In this document: piece by piece, positions 55,901 to 64,000 of the stretch
How the letters are laid out: each line of letters starts with the position of its first letter
Numbering within the stretch: the stretch's first letter is position 1
Source: Lama guanicoe
Lineage: Eukaryota
DNA: 64,000 bases
Direction of reading: 5' to 3'
Assembly (NCBI GenBank): GCA_013239625.1
Contig: MU053557.1
Location: 5,901,842 to 5,965,841, forward strand
Position numbers and translations under genes: made by a program
Notes under the pieces: model-generated
Seen by the model: the letters and a program-made list of their open reading frames with translations, nothing else
What the model was told of the DNA's origin: nothing
Databases searched by the model: none

Positions 55901-57038
55901 CTGTTAATCACAGTGCCATAAATGTTTATTGAATTAGAATGAATTGCTACGCTACCAGTTTCGTACTCGGACTGGAGGAATAGGTCAGGTTAATCAATCC
56001 TGCTGACTGATTTTAAAAATCATTAATATGGATTAAGTATCTGTCATCTTTGTTGACAAAGTAAGGACACAGTTGAAGTCAGGGATGCTAACAAACTAGC
56101 TCAAGCGGGTGGTATTTGCTTAGGCCAGTGAGTCCCTCTGGCCAGGAATGATTAATCATAGAACGAACATTTCTAGACGGCTTACTGTTTGTCAGAACAC
56201 TGCTAACTAAGTACTGTATGTGATTATCTCCTGGAATTCTCCTAACCCTACAAGGCAGATACTATTATTTTCCCATTTTTGTTTTGGTTTTCAACTAACA
56301 AAATGGAAGCATTAGGAAGTTTAAGTAACTCATTCGAGGTAGGTCAGCTAGAAAGAGGAGCCATAATTACACCTAAGGCAACTGGCCTCTAAGGCTAGGC
56401 TTTTAACACTGCTCTGCAGTCTGACTGTTTAGGAAATAATTCCCTGCTGTTTCCAAGTATTCTCTCCGCTCAGAAGAGCTTCCATCACCTTACCCGAATA
56501 CAGGAGCTTGGGATTTGTTGCTTTCAGAAGTGTTTATTCAGTATCTACAGCGATGAGTAGAGAGGGAAGGCACCCTGTAGGGAGAAGTAAGCTGTGCTGT
56601 GTAAAATCAGCGCTGGGGCAGAGCAGGAACCCAGGCAAAGTCCACTCCTCTCCCAGTCTTTCATCCTCTTTGCATGCAGGTTTTTTCCCAATTTGGTGGA
56701 CTCTCCCACTCTAAGTAGGATTCCAATCTCTCTCCCTCTCGGCTCTGATGTTCTTACCCACGGTGAGGAATAAATAAGTTGCGTGGCTTAGCTATTACCT
56801 TCTTCACTAGATTGATTTGCATCTGTATTTAAATCAAAGGGATGAAACACAAAGGGTGGTACTATAGCCATGCGTGACTCTGACAGGCTGCTTTGCTTTG
56901 TTTTTTTGGGGGGGGGGGTGTGGTCCTGGAAAACCGTCTCACTGCCTCACTTTTGGTGAAGTTGCTTAGGGCTCTGAGCATCAGTGTCCCCCTTAGGCTT
57001 TTACATGGTAAAAAGGTACAATCAAGAATCCTGGCTGG

Positions 57039-57118
57039 ATGGCTGGTACATCGTGCTGTATAGCAGAAATTGACACATTGTAACTGACTATACCTTAATA
57101 AGGTTGAAAAAAAAAAAG
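57039..57118 (+). mobile_element. 80-bp LINE-1 3' tip
   Basis: Same L1 terminus as 46461-46606; 15-bp TSD AAGAATCCTGG(C/T)TGG at 57024-57038 and 57119-57133. Confidence 0.85.
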
Positions 57119-57456
57119 AAGAATCCTGGTTGGCTCTCATTCTTTATATCAGTTCATTCTCTACCACTGCTTTCTCCAACTCCAACTCGACTCCCTACCT
57201 TCTACTCCCAGCTCTCATCTGAAACAGGATAGTGATGGAATTGAAAAGAGCACTGAAAATCAGGAGGCCTGGGTTCTCACCTGGGCCCTGCCATTACCTT
57301 GCTACGTGACCTTGGGCAAGTCATGTCCCTCATCTGTAAAATGGAAGGTAGGTTATGTGTCTAGTTAGTGTCTAAATTCTGTGTAGATTTCTAGAATGCT
57401 GTTCGTTTCTAGAAGTTTCATCTCCACAGAACAAACCCAGGAGGATATAGTATTGC

Positions 57457-57915
57457 TGTATTAGTTTTCAATTGCGATCATAACAAATTACTACAATTTA
57501 GTGTCTTAAAACATACATTCATGATCTCACAGTTTCCTTGGGTCAGGAGTCCAAGCCCAGTTTAGCTGGGTCCTTACAGGAGCCATAATCAAGGTGTCAG
57601 CCAGGCTGCGCTGCAATCTAGGGCATCCATTAGGGAAGCTCTTTCAGGCTGTTGGCAGATGTGTTTCTTGCAACTCAAGGCCAGCAGAAGAGGATCTTTG
57701 ACCTCGGGGAAAGTTTTAGCCCTCTTTTAAAAGGAGGGCTGATTAAGTCAGACCCACCCAGGGTAATCTTTTTTGATTACTTTAAAATCAGCAATTCTGG
57801 GACCTTAATTACATCTGCAGAATCCCTTCACCCTTGTTGTGACCTAACCTAATCACAGGGTAACACCAGGGAACAGAGGTTATGGGAGCCACCTTAGAAT
57901 TCTGCTTGCTGCCAT
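57457..57915 (-). mobile_element. MLT1-type MaLR LTR
   Basis: TGTATTAGTTTTC...TAACAAATTAC...TTAATTACATCTGCAGAATCCCTT. Confidence 0.75.
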
Positions 57916-58299
57916 TGCTTTACAGGAATGGCCTATTTATAGTTATCAGTGGAGCACGCTAGAGCCAGCTCTCTATTTTCTGAGTTAGGTGAAATGACTT
58001 AATACATGAATTCAGTTCTGAAACTTACCTGTACCTCCCCTAAAACTATTCTGCTTTGCACTTGCTTTTTAAATGCAATCTGTTGTGTTTCCCTTTATTC
58101 TCGTGTAATTATCATCAAAGTTATTTTCCTCTCATACCATTCAATGAACATGCAGTTATTCAGAGAGGAAATCATTTAAATGTTAACTTTTTATGTTTCA
58201 CTAGTTTTGGTACTTTTCTATTTGAAATCATATACTGTAGAAAAGTTTTAGTTTAAGAAATCTATGTCCTTAGCTGATTTCTAAAAATCTTTTTGTTTC

Positions 58300-60200
58300 A
58301 TCAGTATTTGAGAGAGATGTGTTGAACTCTACCACCATAATTATAGATTTGTCTGTTTCTTCTTACCATCCTGAGATTAGATAGATAAAAGTTAAAAATC
58401 ATTTTATCTTTTGGTATCTCTAGTTAAATTTTTGCCTAAAAGTCTACTTTATCTGAGAGTAAGACCAGCTCTCTTAGCTTACAAAGTTCACAGTAAATGG
58501 TATTTCTTTGGTTCCTTTTACTTTCAACATTTCTGAATCCCCATGTGTCTCTTGAAAAATATATATATTTATACTTTGTTTTCATTTTTATCTATACTCT
58601 GACAGTTTTTGTTAGTTTGGGTTTAAATCTGCTGTCTCTTTATGTGCTTTCAATTTGACCCACTTATTCTATTTTTCTTCCCTTTCTTTTTTTCTCTGGA
58701 AGTTATATACACTTTTACTACTTTTAAATGGCTAGAGATGACAATATACATCCTTGATGTAACAAAGTCCAATGTTATTTGGTTCTTTTACCCTTTCCAA
58801 GACAATGCCAGAAAATGAGAACACTTTAATTCTGTTTCTTCTGCTGTTTATTTATTGTTATTGAATATTTAGTTCTGTATTTTCATCTGAAAATTTATTT
58901 TACCTTAATTCATCAGTTGTTTTTGTTCACTTTAAAGGTACTCTTCTGTTTTCTAGAGTCCACTGTTTCTGTTGAGAAATTAGCTGTCAGGCTAATTGGG
59001 TTTCATTTGAAGATAATCTTTTTTTTTTTCCTCTATATCTTTGGTTTTCAGCAGATTTAGTATAATACACCTAACTACGGATTTCGTTTTATTTATCTCA
59101 CTAGGATTTCATAGGGCTTCTTTAGTTTGTGAACTGATATCTTTCCATCAGCTTTGGAAAATTCTCAGCTATTTCTTGTTCTAATGTTGTTTCTGACCCT
59201 TTCTCTCTGCTCTCTTTCTAGGACTCCAATTGCAGGCATGTTTTGTCATGTCACTGTTTCCTCTATGCCCCGTTATTTACTTTTCTGTATTTTCCAACCT
59301 TTTACTTCTATCTGCTTTATTCTGTTTTGTTTTGTTTTTTTCTCTATGATCTATCCTCCGGTTCAGTAATTCTTTTTTCAGGTATGTTTCATCTACTGTT
59401 AATCACATTCATTGAATTTTTAATTTCAGTTATTATATTCTTCAGTTCTAGGATTTCTATTTAGTTCTTTTTAAAAAAATCTGTTGTATTCTTACAGTTT
59501 CCAGTTCTCTGTCAAAATTCCCAGTCTTGGGTTTCTTTTTCTTCTCGAACACAGTAATCAAGGTTACTCAAAGTGCATGTCTGTCTGACAACTCCTTTTA
59601 AATCTTTTTCTATTGTCTGTTGTTTCTGAAGGTTCCATTCTTGTCATTTTGCCTTTTATTCACTGTTGCTTATCTTTGGTTATGATCGGACATTACATGT
59701 GAATTAAACCTTTGAAATTTGAATAACAGTCTGAATTATGATGTTATCTCCTCTAGAGAGGATGTAAGTGTGCTTCTGCCAGGCGCCTGGAGGTTTGGAA
59801 CAACTTAATTCAGTCTCGGGGACTGTGATGATTCAAAGCTGGGCTGCAGTCTCTGGGACTGGTACAGCTCTAGTTCACTCTTGAACTAAGAGTGCCCTTT
59901 GGAGCCCAGACTCAAAACGCAGGGGTTTTACCTTCTCGGTCTTGGTAGTCTTATAACACTGAGTCTGCCAGGAACACTGCTAAGTCTCCATCCTCCACTA
60001 AGGGAAATGCTGTTTCAGTGCCGTCTCACCTCCCTGGATTTCTGTCTTCTCCCAGATCTTAACCTGATAATTCTACATTATTTTGTTACTTCTTAGTGCC
60101 TTTGAACAGATTTTTAATTTTGGTCTAATTTTTTCTAGTTGTCCTCAATAAGAAGATTGATCAAAATTATCTAGTTTGCTATTACCAGAAGTGAAAGTCC
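58300..60200 (-). mobile_element. Highly decayed old LINE-1 fragments
   Basis: T-rich strand with L1 ORF1/ORF2-junction-like motifs (CTGTTGAGAAATTAGCTGTCAG; TTCAGTTCTAGGATTTCTATTT). Confidence 0.55.
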
Positions 60201-60230
60201 TGATCTTAGTAGATTGCATCTCCCTCTCAT

Positions 60231-61873
60231 TTTTTACTGAGGTGTAATTGGCATATAACATGATATTAATTTCAGGTATACAACATAATGATTCAATATT
60301 TGTATATGCTGCAAAATGATCAGTACTTCTAGTTACCATTTGTCACCATACAAAGTTACAAAATTATTTTTTCTTGTGATGAGAATTTTTATGATTTACT
60401 CCCTTAGCACCTTTCAACTATGCAATACAATATTCTTGACTATTGTCACCATACTGTACATTGTATCCCCACAACTTATTTATTTTGTAACAGGAAGTTG
60501 GCGCATCTTGCCCCCCTTCACCCATTTTGTCCACTCCCTGACCCCCCCTCCCCTCTGGCAACCATCAGTCTGTTCTCTGTATCTGTTGGTTTGGTTTAGT
60601 TTAATTTTGTTGTTCATTTGTTTTGTTTTTCATATTTCACATATAAGTGAAGTCATATGGTATTTGTCTTTCTCTGTCTGGCTTATTTCACTTAGCATAA
60701 TATCCTCAAGGTCCATCCCTGTTGTCACACGTGCCAGGATTTCATTCTTTTTATGGGTAAGTAGTATTCCATTGTATATATACACCTCATCATCTTTATC
60801 CATTAATCCATTGATGGATACTTGGGTTGTTTCCTTACCTTGGCTATTAAAAATACTACTGCAATGAACATAGGGCTGCATATATCTTTTCAAAGTAGTG
60901 TTTTTGTTTTCTTTGGATAAATACCCAGAAGTGGAATTGCTGGATCATATGGTCCTTCTGTTTTTAATTTTCTAAGGACCCTCCATACAATTTTCCATAG
61001 TGGTTGCACCAATTTACACTCCCACCAACAGTGTACAAGAGTTCCCTTTCCTCCACATCCTCCCCAACACTTATTTCTTGTCTTTTTGATAATAGCCATT
61101 CTAACAGGTCGTGAGGTGATGTCTCGTTGTGGCTTTGACTTGCATTTCCCTGATGATGAGTGATGCTGAGCATCTTTTCATGTGTCTGTTGGCCATCTGT
61201 AGGTCTTCTTTGGAGAAGTGTCTATTCAGATCCTCTGCCCATTTTTTAACCAGATTGATATTTTTTGTTCCTTATATAGTTTGAATATTAACCCCTTTTT
61301 GGACATATGATTTGCAAATATCTTCTCCTATTCAGTAGGTTGCCTTTTTATTTTGATAGTTTTCTTCACTGTGCAGAAGCTTTTTAGTTTAATGTAGTCC
61401 CATTTGTTTATTTTTGCTTTTGTTGCCCTTGCTTCTGGAGTCAGATCCAAGAACTCCTTGCCAAGATCAAGGTCAAGAAGTTTACTGTCTATGTTTTCTT
61501 CTAGGAGTTTTATGATTTCAGGTCTTTGATCCATTCTGAGCTAACTTTTATGCACAGTTTAAGACAGTAGTCTAAGTTCATTCTTTTGCATGTGACTGCC
61601 TAGTTTTCTCAACTCCACTTATTAAAGAGCTGGTCCTTTCTCCATTGTATATTCTTACATCCATTGTAGTAAATTAATTGGCTATATATGTGTGGGCTTA
61701 TTTCCAGTGATCTGTGTGGTTGTTTTCATGTCAATACCATACTTTTGTGATAACTGTGGCTTTGTAATATAGTTTGAAATGAGGGAGCTTGATGTTTCCA
61801 GCTTTGTTCTTTCTCAAGATTGCTTTGTAATTTGGGCTCTTCTGTGGTTCCACACACATTTTAAGATTGTCTG
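60231..61873 (-). mobile_element. LINE-1 3' portion (about 1.6 kb)
   Basis: ORF2 fragments 60630..60893, 60890..61099 and 61328..61534; degenerate TSD TTG(C/T)ATCTCC..CTCATT. Confidence 0.9.
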
Positions 61874-64000
61874 TTGTATCTCCTCATTCTATAAATCTAG
61901 AATGGTCTTTGGCCAAAAACAGTAAGAGTCTGACCTGAACTTAGAAGAGAGCTCTGGAGCTGGCTTACTCCCTGCTCATACTCCTCGGTCTGTGTGGGTG
62001 CTTTGGTGGTAGCTGTAATTCAGGGTCAGGAGACCTGAGTTTGAATCCCATTTACTGGCTTTACAATCGCTAGCCGGTTAACCTCTCTCAGCTTTAGTTT
62101 CCACATCTGTAAGATAATATATCCTGCACAGGAATACATTAAATAAGTTAATGTATGGGACAAAGCCCAGTACAGTCCTTAGCACTTGGTATTTGTTAAA
62201 CAAATGCTGGCTTATGTGATTCTGTGTTGGAGGAAGTGAGGGGAGGGGGACTTCACTCCTCTGTGCTTCTTGGAAGTAAAAGATTTATGTCTTCCGAGTA
62301 AATAACAGTAATTCCCAAGAGAGTATCTTGGACATAGCGAGAACTTACCAAATGAATGAATGAAGGAGTGAGTGAATGAACGAACATCCTAGACAGATTT
62401 ACCTGTCCTGACAGCACTCACCAGAAACAATATTGCTCTGTCAGGGCGGTGACAGTGCTTGTGAGGGAGGAGGATCTCATAATTGAAACAGAGATAGATA
62501 GCACAGATTAGTCACTTTGAATTTAGTTAGTCTAAAACTCCTGATTTGTAGGAAATTTTACTTTATGAAATTTATATGTATTTTTGTTGGCACTAGAAAA
62601 TTTGCAATATGATGGAATTGACTGGAACTTATTATTACTATTATTATTTGTAAAAGGACTTTCAGTTGCTTAAGAAAAATGGTTCTGGAAGTAAAACTTG
62701 ATGTTTCTGAAGGAAGCAGTAAAGCACCTCCACTTTCTTTCCTAGGTTGAACCAAATAGACTACTTGATGGAATGAATTTCCACCTTTGAAGAAGGTACA
62801 ATGTTTTCCCCCTCTGGAGGAATAATTTTCTACCCTTGCACTTAGCCTTGTTAATGGATACAAAATAGTCACTTGGGGATTCTTAACTTTCCACTGAATA
62901 GTCTAAATTGCTTAACCTCATGGTCCAAAGTGGAGCCATGATGTCTCCAGTTCACAGGGCAGTCACGCAGCGCCTGGGTGGTGTCAGTGGCTGAAGATGC
63001 CAGTGGCTGCTTTGCTCGGCAGCTGTGGAGGTGGTAATGTAGTTTCTTAGACAAAGTTCTATTGAACATATGTTAAAGTTTATTATTCATTAATGAGGTA
63101 AAGTGCCAGTTTAAAATAGTAAGAATTTAGGCCTGACTGCTCTTTTACCCTCTATGGTCATAAAAACATTTTTATCAGTGATAAGCTTAAATTTGTGACA
63201 TGAATGGCTTGGGCCATATTGTGACATGACGCATTAATCAGAAATCACAAGTAATATATCTACAAAGCAAACAATAGGCTGATTGATCTATAGTTACTAA
63301 TTAGATGGACCAAGAAAGTTTTATGCACTCACAAGGAGCCAGTCACCCAGATGCCAGACAGAGGTCAAACAGAAGTCAGCGAGCAGCAGCTTCAAGTCCT
63401 GCTTCTTCTCAAGCAAAATTTTCCAGCAGGCCATTAGCGGTGCTGAACATCTGGTTTGTGTAGTTCTTATTTGGGGGACAAAATTTTTCTTTCACAGTGA
63501 GGAGAGAGGGGAGTGACTGGAACCTCTGTTCCATGGGAGGGAACAGCCCATCGGAGAGCACGCTGGAGGACTGAGAGGGTTGGACAGGGAGACGGTGCTC
63601 CCGGTGCCCTCTGACGCCTGGCCACGTGTACGGCCAGCCTTAGAGCCCTGGAACAGTAGCCCCAGAAGGGCCCTTGGAGAATATCACAGCTTGTGGTTTT
63701 CAGACTGTGCTTTGAGGAGCCCAGGGGGTCAAGGAGCGGCCGAACAGCTGTGCTATACCAAGTGAGCAGGCCGCGCTAAGCGGGGGCACCAGAAGACTAA
63801 CTGGGAGTTCTGTTTCAGATGTTTTCGGTTAGAAAAAAATGATTTAACTTCGTCGTAACATCAACATTTTGATGTTATGTTTTCGTATTGCTTTTAGTTT
63901 GAATTGTGTATGTGAAGTGGGTGGGCGCCCTAATCTCTAGTGTTGAGGGTCTCTAAGGATATTTACTCAGCCCTGCCGACTGGGTAGGACCCCGAACCCC

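Noticed and set aside
60316..60867. 183-aa hydrophobic ORF that looks like a membrane protein
   Set aside because: It is the antisense reading of an L1 3'UTR/ORF2 end
49275..64000. SMIM3 coding exon
   Set aside because: No ORF resembling the roughly 60-aa SMIM3 protein was found; it is presumably beyond the right edge

Overview
Mammalian genomic DNA, most likely a camelid, judged from nine copies of a tRNA-Ala-like SINE resembling Vic-1. The left 25 kb holds the first 12 constitutive coding exons of DCTN4 (dynactin p62) on the minus strand, plus the 21-nt alternative microexon QHTIHVV. All exons have canonical GT-AG ends and splice into one open frame; the last exon is left of the window. 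The DCTN4 CpG promoter is at about 24.6-25.1 kb. It is followed by about 24 kb of repeat-dense intergenic DNA (L1, L2, MIR, MaLR/ERVL LTRs, an ERV1-like internal remnant and a clean ERVK-type solo LTR with a 6-bp TSD). A second CpG island at about 49.0-49.7 kb has a plus-strand donor and is, by synteny, probably the non-coding first exon of SMIM3; no SMIM3 CDS is visible in the window. Almost all ORF-track entries are repeat- or GC-derived noise. I found no convincing undescribed biological system. The best leads are a candidate poison exon in DCTN4 intron 1, an R21W substitution, the solo LTR pointing toward DCTN4, an unexplained ORF-bearing insert inside a MER58, and an unexplained 79-bp direct repeat. 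Repeat subfamily names come from recalled consensus motifs, not from a search.
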